A DNA stretch of 63,944 nucleotides, filler included, from Octopus bimaculoides (GCF_001194135.2; 5 parts of 5 records of this genome joined end to end with filler, not necessarily neighbours in it); one strand, 5' to 3'; numbered from the whole stretch's first letter, positions 12,263-24,230 are shown. Numbers and translations: made by a program. The notes: a model not told the origin generated them from the sequence alone.

Positions 12263-12863
12263 CCGACCACCGACCGAGTATACGTGTGGAGATGTAGAGA
12301 CAGTCAAAAGAAGCATTTGATCCAGACTGCCTTCTTCCAGCTGTTAAACATGGAAGAGGACCTGTGATGATCTGTGGTGGTGGGTGGGGGGATATATCTT
12401 GGAAATCCGCCTGCCCAATGGTTTCTCTTCATGGCAGAATTAACAGTCAAGACTATTTAAGCATTTTATGTGATCAAATTCATCCTATGGTTGCGGAACT
12501 GTTTCCGGAGGGAAACGTAATCTTTCAGGATGATAATGTACCAATTCACACAGCTAAAGTTGTTACTGAATGTCACAAGGAACATATCTTATCTGGCCAC
12601 CACAGTCTACAGATCTCAATGTTATTGAACATTTAGAAAAACGAGTAATGAGTCGATATCCTCCACCATTATCACTACAAGAACTGGAGATTGTTTTAGC
12701 TGAAGAAAGGACAAAAATTCCTCTGGAAACAATTAAAACTTTGTACGAGTCCATACCTCGTAGAATTCAAGCTGTAATTACTGCCAAAGGCGGTCCTACT
12801 CCATACTGAAATAAATTTGTTTGAAATTTTAAGGTGTTTCCATTATTTTGTCAAAACCCTGTA
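12263..12863 (+). mobile_element. Tc1-family DDE transposase relic (3' half) with right terminal inverted repeat and TA
   Basis: Peptides VYVWR, FQDDNVPIH, WPPQSTDLNVIEHL and RRIQAVITAKGGPTPY*; ends ggtgtttccattattttgtcaaaaccctg-TA; frameshifted. Confidence 0.9.
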
Positions 12864-13194
12864 TTTATTATTTCAGTGTCGTATGGTATTACTCAAACAT
12901 TTCCTAAACAACAGCAAACATAAACATTTACTTAATGCTCAAATGTTAGAAGAAAAAAAGCTGGGGTGCGAACCGGTCACATAATGATGTTTCGACCTTA
13001 TTGTGTATCTCTTCAACGAAAACTACTTCGTATCAGTGAACCTAAATAAGAGTGCTGGCTCTTGTTTATGGAAATCAACAAATTATTTATTGATACGTGT
13101 TATGCCTACCAAACTGATAATAATTCAAAGAGTACTCGCAAGAGTCTATTATATTATTGTTTAGAATCTTACTGTTTTCGTCAAGGTGTGTGTC

Positions 13195-13440
13195 TTTGTC
13201 GCTAGGGTATTCGGCTCTCTGAGTTCCATTCCCAAGCAGCGCAAGACACTTTATTTCACACTCCACCTGTCTACTCAGCTGGCAAAAGTAAGTTCTACCT
13301 GTATTTCAAAGGGGCCAGCCTTGTCACATTCTGTGACACGCTGAATCTCCCCAGAGAGCTACTTTAAGGGTACACATATGTGTAGAGTGCTCAGCCACTT
13401 GCACGTTGATTTTACGAACAAATTGTTCCGTTGATCCGAT
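13195..13440 (+). mobile_element. Degenerate SINE sharing the family B body and tail
   Basis: aaaggggccagccttgtcacattctgtgacacgctgaatctccc...gagtgctcagccacttgcacg. Confidence 0.7.
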
Positions 13441-13839
13441 CACTGCATGAATTATTAGACATGGGACAGTTTCCCGGAAGCATGAGCATGGAGCCATTAC
13501 CGATAGAAACTGCAGCCTCTTTGGAACTCGTAGACATTATGTCTTCTCACACATCAAAGGTCATGCTTTCGCAATCTAAGATATAAGATAACTACGAAAT
13601 ACTTGTGGAACAAAAGAGACAGCGAAGCCCTTAACCCCACCCGAAAATGCCAACGAAAATGTCGATTATGAGATTATATCAGTGGAGGACATTACAGATA
13701 CAATCAACAGTTGAAATGTCATCAAGATATTACACAGCATAAAATTGTTGCTAGAATGTACGATGCTGTCCATATGAAGGGCTGGTAGGGAAGGAAAATA
13801 AAAAATATATATATTTTTTTCTGATGTCAATTAGGTGCA

Positions 13840-14215
13840 AGCATGAATATGTGGTTAAAAAATACGCTTTGCAACCGCGTAGTTTCGGGTTCAGTCCCAT
13901 TGCATAGCACCTTGAGCAAGTATTTTCTCCTATGTGTCTGTATTTGTGCCTCACCACCGCTTGACAACCGTTGTTGATGTGTTTACGCTCCATAACTTAG
14001 CGGTTCGGCAAAAGAAACCGTAAGAAAAAATACCGGGCTTTAAAAAAATAAGTGTTAGGGTCGATATCTTCGACTAAAAGTTCTTCAAGGCGGTGCTCCA
14101 GTATGGCTGTTGTCTAATGACTGAAACAGGTAAAAAGGTAAAAGATAAAAGAACCAGCCGACCAATGCCCTGTGAATGAATTTGGCAGAAGGAAACTGTG
14201 TGGAAGCTCACCGTA
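13840..14215 (+). mobile_element. Degenerate SINE family A plus a second family A fragment
   Basis: gggttcagtccc B box; family A tail with ccagtatggc..actgaaaca. Confidence 0.75.
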
Positions 14216-14240
14216 TATGTATGTATATGTATGTATGTAT

Positions 14241-14622
14241 CATCTATTTTTTTGATTATTATAAATCTTCCATTGAGTAGGGAGCTGGTTGTAGTTAACA
14301 CAAAGTCGCATTTGGAAATTGAGAAAGTCTTACATATTTGTATTGCTCCAATCACAGACTGGACTTGTTAAGTACGAATTAACCGGTCGATTTCTCTTTC
14401 TGAAAATCCCAGTTTATCCAGATTCTCTTTTAAGCATTTACTAACAAAACCTAGTGCTCCAATTATTATTGGTATAAATATGAATCCATAGTCTGGATAT
14501 AGAAGCTGGAGGTTTCGAAGCAGCTGTCCATAGATATCCTCCCTTTCTTTGATTTTCGCAGAGATATTTATATCTGCAGGGCAGCTGACCTCTATGATGG
14601 TACATATTTTGCCCCTTTGTCC
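14241..14622 (-). mobile_element. RLE-type LINE 3' end with a (TACA)n tail
   Basis: IIEVSCPADINISAKIKEREDIYGQLLRNLQLLYPDY..IPIIIGALG..QVQSVIGAIQICKTF; terminates in tacatacatac. Confidence 0.85.
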
Positions 14623-14678
14623 CCGGTTTCTAACCCAGATCCAAGGCTCCCTCATTGGAATTTCAACATCAACAACAA
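14623..14678 (-). mobile_element. Partial ~93-bp (TACA)n-associated element, fused to the 5' end of the LINE fragment
   Basis: Matches 14979-15071 and 15379-15469. Confidence 0.7.
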
Positions 14679-14722
14679 GGTATTTTTGTATGTATGTATG
14701 TATGTTTGTATGTATGTATGTG

Positions 14723-14838
14723 TGCAGATTTGTATGTTTTGCTTTATGGATGTATTCTCATGCATATAGTTGCATATCTAGACATGCTCATATATACTTA
14801 AATGATAAATTTCTGGAAAGTTTTACAGATTTCTACAG
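14723..14838 (-). mobile_element. Very short 3' end of a (TACA)n-tailed RLE LINE
   Basis: Encodes VEICKTFQKFII* then a 3' UTR near-identical to 15141-15245. Confidence 0.75.
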
Positions 14839-14978
14839 TGTATGTATATAAGTATGTATGTATGTATGTATGTATGTATGTATGTATGTATGTATGTATG
14901 TATGTATGTATGTATGTGCGTGTGTTTGTGTGTATATATGTGTGTATGTATGTGTGTGTATGTATGTGTGTGTATGTC

Positions 14979-15071
14979 GTTCAGTTTTATTTCAAGATTT
15001 CTTGCCAACAAAGAGCCGGTTTCTAACCTAGATCCAATGTTCCTTCACTGGAATTTCAACATCAACAACAG
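14979..15071 (-). mobile_element. ~93-bp non-coding element embedded in (TATG)n
   Basis: Three copies share one boundary; ends in aataaaactgaac on the minus strand. Confidence 0.75.
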
Positions 15072-15078
15072 TATATTT

Positions 15079-15110
<32 letters not shown>

Positions 15111-15140
15111 TGTATGTATGTATGTATGTATGTATGTATG

Positions 15141-15360
15141 TGCAGATTTGTATGTTTTATGTATGTATTCTCATGCATATAGTTGCAATCTAGACATGCT
15201 CATATATATTTAAATGATAAACATCTGGAAAGTTTTACAGATTTTTAGTTCCAGTGATGGATTGGATCTGTTGTCTTCCAATTAGCTTTCTCCTTTCTGG
15301 TTTTGAGAAGCCTTATTTCTCAAGATTGGCATTTAGGCAGTGTTACATATCCCAGGGCCT
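15141..15360 (-). mobile_element. 3' end of a (TACA)n-tailed RLE LINE (second subfamily)
   Basis: Frameshifted ALGYV..HCLNANLEK*GFSKPERRKLI..KICKTF, homologous to 14241-14622; TATG tracts on both sides. Confidence 0.8.
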
Positions 15361-15378
15361 TATGTATGTATGTCATTA

Positions 15379-15469
15379 TTCAGTTTGTTTCAAGATTTCT
15401 TGCCTGTAGAGAAAGAACCGGTTTCTAACCTAGATCCAAGGCTCCTTCATTAGAATTTCAACATCAACA
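15379..15469 (-). mobile_element. ~93-bp (TACA)n-associated element (third copy)
   Basis: Matches 14979-15071. Confidence 0.75.
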
Positions 15470-15529
15470 TATGTGTATGTATGTATGTATGTATGTATGT
15501 ATGTACGTGCGTGCGTGTGTGCGTGTGTG

Positions 15530-15705
15530 CTTGTGTCCTTCCCCCATCACTTGACCGTTAGTGTTTAGTTACACCCCCGTAACTTAACGGTTCGGCCAAA
15601 GATCGATAGAATAAGAACCAGACTTTAAGTACTGGGGTCGATTTGTTCGACTAATTCGTTCAAGGTGGTGCTCCAGCATGGCCACGGTCCTATAACTGAA
15701 ACAAA
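15530..15705 (+). mobile_element. SINE family A tail
   Basis: cccccgtaacttaacggttcggc...ggtgctccagcatggccacggtc. Confidence 0.7.
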
Positions 15706-15736
15706 TATTAAAGGTTAGCAGGAAATAAGATTCCTC

Positions 15737-16161
15737 GTGTGTGTGTGTGTGTGTGTGTGTTATGTGTGTGTGTTATGTGTGTGTGTGTGTGTGCGTGCGT
15801 GAGAGAGAGAGGGAGGAAGAGAGAGAGAGAGAACCTGAGAGCGAACGAGAGAACGAGAGAGAAAGAGAACGAGAGAGCGAACGAGAAAACGCTAGAACGG
15901 GAGAAAGCGAACGAAGAACGAGAGAGAGAAAGAGAGAGCGAACGAGAGAGGAAGAGAGAGAGAGAACACGCGTGAAGAAGAGCGAGTGAGTGAGAGAGTA
16001 GAGATAGAGAGAAAGAGAGCGAAAGAGAAAGGGAGAAAGAGAGCGAAAGAGAAAGGGAGGGAAAAGAGAAAAAGAGAGAACGAGAGATCGAATGAGAGAG
16101 TAGAGTGCAGACAGAAAGAGAAAAGCAGAGAGCAAGAGAGATACAGAGAGAGAGGGAGAGC

Positions 16162-16216
<55 letters not shown>
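15737..16216. repeat. (TG)n followed by degenerate (AG)n purine tract
   Basis: Direct reading. Confidence 0.95.
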
Positions 16217-16219
<3 letters not shown>

Positions 16220-16630
16220 GAGCTATAACAGCCGTCAGCTGACATCGTTAAGTTATCGAGTTAATTTTTGACTGAAATATTCACAGATGTTTTGCACATC
16301 TTGCTTGTAGTANNNNNNNNNNNNNNNNNNNNNNNNNNNNNNNNNNNNNNNNNNNNNNNNNNNNNNNNNNNNNNNNNNNNNNNNNNNNNNNNNNNNNNNN
16401 NNNNNNNNNNNNNNNNNNNNNNNNNNNNNNNNNNNNNNNNNNNNNNNNNNNNNNNNNNNNNNNNNNNNNNNNNNNNNNNNNNNNNNNNNNNNNNNNNNNN
16501 NNNNNNNNNNNNNNNNNNNNNNNNNNNNNNNNNNNNNNNNNNNNNNNNNNNNNNNNNNNNNNNNNNNNNNNNNNNNNNNNNNNNNNNNNNNNNNNNNNNN
16601 NNNNNNNNNNNNNNNNNNNNNNNNNNNNNN

Positions 16631-16667
<37 letters not shown>

Positions 16668-16697
16668 ATTTGTATATATATATATATATATATGTAT

Positions 16698-16728
<31 letters not shown>

Positions 16729-16880
16729 CACATATACACACATAGACACACGTGCATACACACACACGCGTGTGCACAGACACGCAAAAAAAGTAAAGAG
16801 AGACGCCCACGCGTAGACACAAATACTCCTGTATATGTGTTTCTGGTTGCTTGTGTCGGCTTGCTGGTGCGCGCGCGCGC

Positions 16881-16915
<35 letters not shown>

Positions 16916-16944
16916 CGATTGCTAAAATGGTATTTGATATGATT

Positions 16945-17255
16945 TGTGGCTTAGTGGTTAGAGTGACCGGCTCACGACCGTAAGGTCGTAAGTTCAATTC
17001 ACGGCCTCGCGTTGCATCTTTCAGCAAGACACTTTATTAGACGTTGCTGTAGTCCACTCAGCTGGCGAAAATGAGACGTACCTGTAATTCAAAGGGGCCA
17101 GCCTTGTCACATTCTGTGTCACGCGGAATCACTCTCGGAACTGCTTTAAAGGTACATGTGTCTGTGGAGTGCTCAGCCACTTGCACGTTAATCTCACGAG
17201 CAGGCTATTCCGTTGATCGGATCAACTGGATCCCGCGTCGTCGCAACCGACGGAA
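16945..17255 (+). mobile_element. SINE with a variant tRNA-like head and family B body
   Basis: gtggcttagtggttagag..gttcaattc, then the family B tail to cgtcgcaaccgacgga. Confidence 0.75.
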
Positions 17256-17289
17256 TACCAGTTTTGTTGTTTTTATATACTACAGTTGT

Positions 17290-17528
17290 GAAGGCGGTGA
17301 GCTGGTAGAATCATTAACAGCCGATAGAATGTTTCTCTGTAGGGGTTAGGATAGCACGCTTAGTAGCATTTCTTCCGTCTGTTTCAGTCCTGAGTTCAAA
17401 TTCCGCTGAGGTTAATTTGACTTCCATCCTTTCGGGGTCGATATCATAAGTACTGCATCAGCACTGGGATCGATGTAATCGATTAGACTCCCCACTAAAA
17501 TTTCAGGCCTTGTGCCTATAATATAAAG
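17290..17528 (+). mobile_element. SINE family C
   Basis: ggcggtgagctggtagaa..gagttcaaattcc..catcctttcggggtcgat. Confidence 0.8.
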
Positions 17529-17644
17529 GATTTTATGCTGTTGTCCCTCGATTTACACGGCACTTCGATTCAGCTATTGAAACTGTATGAAAGCGTAAAA
17601 TAAGTGCGATGTGCTTTGTTAATGATTGATGTTAATAAATAGAA

Positions 17645-17855
17645 GACGGCGAGCTGGCAGAAACGTTAGCACGCCGGGCGAAATGCTTAGCGGTATTTCG
17701 TCTCTCTTTACGTTCTGAGTTCCAATTCCGCCGAGGTCGACTTTGCCTTTCATCCTTTCAGGGTCGGTAAATTAAGTACCAGTTGCGTACTGGAGTTGAT
17801 CTAATCGACTGGCCCCCTCCCCCAAAATTTCGGGCTTTGTGTCGAGAGTAGAAAN
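17645..17855 (+). mobile_element. SINE family C, well-preserved copy
   Basis: ggcgagctggcagaaacgttagcacgccgggcgaaatgcttagcgg..gagttccaattccgccgaggtcgactttgcctttcatcc. Confidence 0.9.
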
Positions 17856-18738
17856 NNNNNNNNNNNNNNNNNNNNNNNNNNNNNNNNNNNNNNNNNNNNN
17901 NNNNNNNNNNNNNNNNNNNNNNNNNNNNNNNNNNNNNNNNNNNNNNNNNNNNNNNNNNNNNNNNNNNNNNNNNNNNNNNNNNNNNNNNNNNNNNNNNNNN
18001 NNNNNNNNNNNNNNNNNNNNNNNNNNNNNNNNNNNNNNNNNNNNNNNNNNNNNNNNNNNNNNNNNNNNNNNNNNNNNNNNNNNNNNNNNNNNNNNNNNNN
18101 NNNNNNNNNNNNNNNNNNNNNNNNNNNNNNNNNNNNNNNNNNNNNNNNNNNNNNNNNNNNNNNNNNNNNNNNNNNNNNNNNNNNNNNNNNNNNNNNNNNN
18201 NNNNNNNNNNNNNNNNNNNNNNNNNNNNNNNNNNNNNNNNNNNNNNNNNNNNNNNNNNNNNNNNNNNNNNNNNNNNNNNNNNNNNNNNNNNNNNNNNNNN
18301 NNNNNNNNNNNNNNNNNNNNNNNNNNNNNNNNNNNNNNNNNNNNNNNNNNNNNNNNNNNNNNNNNNNNNNNNNNNNNNNNNNNNNTATATATATATATAT
18401 ATACATAGTGATATTTTGAAATCATTTAATACGTCCGTTTCAAATTTGCGAAATATATTACAGGAAATACATCCATTACGTAAACCTTCCTCAGGTGAAT
18501 TACGCACCACTTCTTAGCGTAACACGAAATATAAATATATAAATACACACACACACACACACACGCACACACACACACACGCACACACACACACACAGAC
18601 ATATATATATGACAGGCTTCCACATAGTTTCTGCCTACCAAATTCACTAACAAGGTATTGTTCGGTTTGGGGTTTTACAGTATCAGACACATTTCTGTGA
18701 GAGATTTTAGAGTGGTGGTAAGAAAATTGGCATAAAAA

Positions 18739-19131
18739 CTGAAATAATCTCTTCTGATCTAGGCACGAGGCCCGAAATTTTGGCGTAGGGGGGCCAGTCG
18801 ATTAGACTGACCCCAGTGCGCAACTGGTACTTAATTTTCGACCCCGAAAGGATGAAAGACAAAGTCGACCTCGGTGGAATTTGAACTCAGAATGTAAAGA
18901 CAAACGAAATACCGCTATTTCAGTATGAATACTGAAATAATCTTTTCTACTCTAGGCACAAGCCCCGGAATTTTGGGGGAGGGGACAGTCGATTGGATCA
19001 ACACCAGTACGCAACTGGTACTTGATTTATCGACCACAAAAGGATGAAAGGCAAAGTTGACCTTGGTGGAATTTGAACTCAGAACGTAGTGGCAGAGGAA
19101 ATACCGCTATTTCAGTATAAATATTGAAATA
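18739..19131 (-). mobile_element. Two tandem 5'-truncated SINE family C copies (~192-bp unit)
   Basis: Both units break at aaataccgctatttcagtat and start with actgaaataatct. Confidence 0.8.
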
Positions 19132-19141
19132 ATGGCGTGCG

Positions 19142-19529
19142 TTGTTGCTGGCACTCCGTCGCTTACGACGACGAGGGTTCCAGTTGATCCGATCAACGGA
19201 ACAGCTTGCTCGTGAAATTAACGTGCAAGTGGCTGAGCACTCCACAGACACGTGTACCCTTAACGTAGTTCTCGGGGATATTCAGCGTGACACAGTGTGA
19301 CAAGGCTGACCCTTTGAATTACAGGCACAACAGAAACAGGAAGTAAGGGTGAGAGAAAGTTGTGGTGAAAGAGTACAGCAGGGTTCGCCACCATCCCCTA
19401 CCGGAGCCTCATGAAGCTTTTAGGTGTTTTCGCTCAATAAACACTCACAACGCCCGGTCTGGGAATCGAAACCACGATCCTATGATCGCGAGTCCGCTGC
19501 CCTAACCACTGGGCCATTGCGCCTTCCAC
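19142..19529 (-). mobile_element. Full-length SINE family B with probable 11-bp target site duplication
   Basis: aatggcgtgcg (19131-19141) and aatggcgtacg (19530-19540), one mismatch. Confidence 0.9.
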
Positions 19530-19587
19530 AATGGCGTACGAATGCCATATAAAAGATATGTGCCAGCGCGCGCGTGTGCATGTGCGC

Positions 19588-19627
<40 letters not shown>

Positions 19628-20119
19628 ATCCATTCCCTTTAGTGCAAGAAGCTTTTTGATTGCCGACCCGAATGATATATGTATCAGCTCGCAGTTAACC
19701 TGCAAGCTTGTCGTAAAGACGAAACGATTGAAACGCGTGGTCGATTGATCGACTGATCGATGAAACTAATACATATGACACACAAGTTCATGTATTACAC
19801 ATTAATAATTGAGCAGATGAAAGATTGGAAAGTTAAATCGATTTTGAATGATTTCAAATCGATATAATCAAACGAAGTGAACTTGTTTAAACAAGAATTA
19901 CTATCAAAATACTTTTATACGTTCCAAAAGTTAATATCTCCATCGTAATTATTACAAAAATTAATAAAAACTAGATTGAATCTAAAGAGTTAAATAGACC
20001 GTAATTCATATAACAAAAGAGAGGATTTCTACCACATCACCGGGGAAAATCGCTAAAGTCGTAAGGTACATTTTGAAAACATGACAACTAGAAATGAGGT
20101 TAGGTATATCTTTATCATT

Positions 20120-20278
20120 TATCTTTTACATGTTTCAGTCATTAGACTGTGGCCATGCTGGGATACAGCCTTGAAGAATTTTCTAGTCGAATGAATCGAC
20201 CACAGGAATTATGTTTTTAAAGCCTGCCACGTATTCTATCGATTTATTTTACCGAACTGCGTTGGTGGGGGACAAACA
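20120..20278 (-). mobile_element. SINE family A tail
   Basis: Reverse complement of the family A 3' end (gtttcagtcattagactgtggccatgctgg). Confidence 0.7.
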
Positions 20279-20329
20279 CACACACACACACACGCACATA
20301 TATATATATATACATATCTATATGTATAC

Positions 20330-20360
<31 letters not shown>

Positions 20361-20396
20361 TCTATACATATATACAAATATATACATATATACATG

Positions 20397-20462
<66 letters not shown>

Positions 20463-21068
20463 NNNNNNNNNNNNNNNNNNNNNNNNNNNNNNNNNNNNNN
20501 NNNNNNNNNNNNNNNNNNNNNNNNNNNNNNNNNNNNNNNNNNNNNNNNNNNNNNNNNNNNNNNNNNNNNNNNNNNNNNNNNNNNNNNNNNNNNNNNNNNN
20601 NNNNNNNNNNNNNNNNNNNNNNNNNNNNNNNNNNNNNNNNNNNNNNNNNNNNNNNNNNNNNNNNNNNNNNNNNNNNNNNNNNNNNNNNNNNNNNNNNNNN
20701 NNNNNNNNNNNNNNNNNNNNNNNNNNNNNNNNNNNNNNNNNNNNNNNNNNNNNNNNNNNNNNNNNNNNNNNNNNNNNNNNNNNNNNNNNNNNNNNNNNNN
20801 NNNNNNNNNNNNNNNNNNNNNNNNNNNNNNNNNNNNNNNNNNNNNNNNNNNNNNNNNNNNNNNNNNNNNNNNNNNNNNNNNNNNNNNNNNNNNNNNNNNN
20901 NNNNNNNNNNNNNNNNNNNNNNNNNNNNNNNNNNNNNNNNNNNNNNNNNNNNNNNNNNNNNNNNNNNNNNNNNNNNNNNNNNNNNNNNNNNNNNNNNNNN
21001 NNNNNNNNNNNNNNNNNNNNNNNNNNNNNNNNNNNNNNTGTATATATATATATACATGTATGTATGTA

Positions 21069-21110
<42 letters not shown>

Positions 21111-21454
21111 CTTTAAAAAAGTTTGCCTGGAAGGATAGACTAGTGCAGTCTGGGTGATATTAATCGTTACGTTGGACGTCTGTTCTATACTCACGTTATC
21201 TTTCCAATCGTTTATTCTATGTTCATGATTTGTACAGCGTTGTTACACTTAACCTGGATTGTTTACTTAATCCCGATGCTTTTACCGTTGTGAACGTTAT
21301 CGCAAATCGTTTAACTCATTCGCATCATCGAGAGAAGTGAAGGCGCTGAGATGAACATCCACTTGTACATTTCTTAGACCGTAACTAAAACATACACTTG
21401 TGTGTGGGTTTTCTAAAGAAAACACACATGTAGTATAGACACATACACACAAAT

Positions 21455-21485
<31 letters not shown>

Positions 21486-21563
21486 TATACACAAACACAC
21501 GTATGCACTGATATACATACATTATACATATACATATATACACATAAACATGCACATATATAC

Positions 21564-21604
<41 letters not shown>

Positions 21605-22770
21605 TATATTCGTATGTGTGNNNNNNNNNNNNNNNNNNNNNNNNNNNNNNNNNNNNNNNNNNNNNNNNNNNNNNNNNNNNNNNNNNNNNNNNNNNNNNNN
21701 NNNNNNNNNNNNNNNNNNNNNNNNNNNNNNNNNNNNNNNNNNNNNNNNNNNNNNNNNNNNNNNNNNNNNNNNNNNNNNNNNNNNNNNNNNNNNNNNNNNN
21801 NNNNNNNNNNNNNNNNNNNNNNNNNNNNNNNNNNNNNNNNNNNNNNNNNNNNNNNNNNNNNNNNNNNNNNNNNNNNNNNNNNNNNNNNNNNNNNNNNNNN
21901 NNNNNNNNNNNNNNNNNNNNNNNNNNNNNNNNNNNNNNNNNNNNNGGGGTGGTGGAACAAGAGAAGATGAATTTCAAGAAACATCAATATAAAAATCAAT
22001 CAAAGAAAAAGATAATGAAAATACAAATAAAATAGAATTATTTGAACGATACAAAATAAATTAACTAGCGAAAATTAACTTTAAAACCACCTGCTGTTTT
22101 GTATAAATGAATGAAGACGATAACTTTGGAGTTACTTAGAAATAAACAGTAATTCTAAACAAAAGAATTGCATAATACAGAGAAAAACAAAACTGTGGAT
22201 ACAAAGGGATAAAGAAATAATTAAGTAAAAGAATAAAGGAATTGAAGAATAACGGAACTGAAGAATAAACTCGAAACAAAAAGTCTATGTTGAGAAACAT
22301 ATTTTATTTTGCTTTATTCTCGTCTGCGGTTGGCAGAGAACGGAAGCGTTCTTCATTTTCAATGTCTTAAGATGATTTGTAATTAAAATTCCAATAAAGA
22401 GATTTTATTCATACCACCATTACCAACACCACACACCTCCCCCATACACCTCCACCACACACCTCCACCACCATCACCCCTGCTACCACCATCACCCCTG
22501 CTACCACCAACACTACCGCGACCCCAATTTGGCTTTTGTTTCTGTATGCATTTTGGTTTTGAACAAATAAAATCATGTGCGAAGGTATTCGCTCAGGTAC
22601 TCCGGGTTCTGTGTTCAAACCATACCAAATTAAACTTTTTCTTTTATACTTTTGGTTGTTCATAGGTCTGTTTGATCAAAGGTTGCCTTCTGTAAATAGC
22701 AACAATAACTACAAAGAAACACATTGTCGTATTGGTCTATATGGCCACCCCCACTAACACAGCACCCCAC

Positions 22771-23100
22771 CTCATTACTGTACACTCCACCACACTACAC
22801 ATAACCACCNNNNNNNNNNTGTACACTCCACCACACTACACATAACCACCCTTCATTACTGTACACTCCACCACACTACACATAACCACCCTTCATTACT
22901 GTACACTCCACTACATATGACTACCCCTCATTACTGTACATTCCACACACTACATATGACAACTCCTCATTACTGTACACGCCACCACACTACATTTGAC
23001 TACCCCTCATTACTTTACACTCCACTACACTACACATAACCACCCCTCATTACTGTACACTCCACCACACTACATACGACTATCCCTCATTACTGTATAC
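22771..23100. repeat. ~40-bp minisatellite (cctcattactgtacactccaccacactacacataaccacc), about 8 units, decaying rightwards
   Basis: Unit spacing of 40 nt at 22851/22891; a 10-N gap lies inside. Confidence 0.9.
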
Positions 23101-23614
23101 TATACTCTTTGCTACAGTGCATTACACCACCATTCATTACTGCACATTTTATAGCACTATTCAGCAAGGTACTACACAACACTACTATTCATTACAACAC
23201 AGCATTACACAATGCTACCCTTCCTTACAGTGCATTACGCTGCACTACGTAACACAGCCCTGGATTGCATGAAATAAACATTCAGCCGTTGTAACTAAAT
23301 ATGCAACTATCATATACTTGTAATTCCATGAAAATATTTACATCTAGTGGAAGATATAAAAAAACGATCAGATTATTGTTAGCGCTGTCACTAACTGTTG
23401 GCAAAGAACTTTGGTACTGCTGTCACTAACAGTTGCCAACAGGTTCAGATGATAAGTAGAGGGCGGAAAGCGTTTACATTTATTTTATATATTGTTTGAG
23501 ATTTATTGCATGCATTTATTGCATATTTTTAAAATTCTTATTGCATATGCTTACTGCATTTATTGTTTATATTACTTGCACATATTTATATTCAGTGAAA
23601 AGTCTTGTTGCAAT

Positions 23615-23770
23615 GCAGGCGTGGGTGTGTAATAATAAGTTTCCTTCTCAACCACATGGTTCCGATTTCAGGCTAACTACTTAACACCTTGGGTAAGTGT
23701 CTTCTACTATAACCTAGGATCAACCAAAGCCTTATGAGTGGATTTGGCTGACAGAAACTCAAAAGAAACC
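23615..23770 (+). mobile_element. Degenerate SINE family A 5' half
   Basis: caaccacatggttcc..caaccaaagccttatgagtggatttgg. Confidence 0.7.
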
Positions 23771-23837
23771 TGTTTTTTTAAAAATTCTCTTTCCATTTTT
23801 TCCTCCTATATATATATTAAAAAAGCATGATACTTAT

Positions 23838-23985
23838 TCTTTTGCCGAACCGCTAATGTTACGGGGTGTAAACACACTAATATGGTTGTGAAGCAGTGGT
23901 AGGGACAGAGACAGACAGAAACACTCAAACACACGCATACACAGATAAGCAAATATATATATATACACACACACATACACAGACA

Positions 23986-24031
<46 letters not shown>

Positions 24032-24230
24032 TATATACACTCACACACACACATACACACATACATACGACGGACTTCTTTCAGTTTCCGTCTACCAAAT
24101 CCAATCACAAGGCTTTGGTCGGTGCGAGGCTATAGTAGAAAACACTCACCCAAGTTTCTACGCAGTGGGACCGAACCTAGAACCATGTGATTGGGAGGCA
24201 AGCTTCTTACGACTCAGCCACGTCTGCGCC
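23838..24230 (-). mobile_element. SINE family A
   Basis: Reverse-complement head (aggcgcagacgtggctgagtcgtaag) and body. Confidence 0.8.

Noticed and set aside
13440-13735. LINE pre-RT fragment (YEIISVEDITDTINS)
   Set aside because: Only a faint resemblance, with no diagnostic motif.
22771-23100. CRISPR-like array
   Set aside because: Contiguous tandem units with no unique spacers, no cas genes, and a eukaryotic context.
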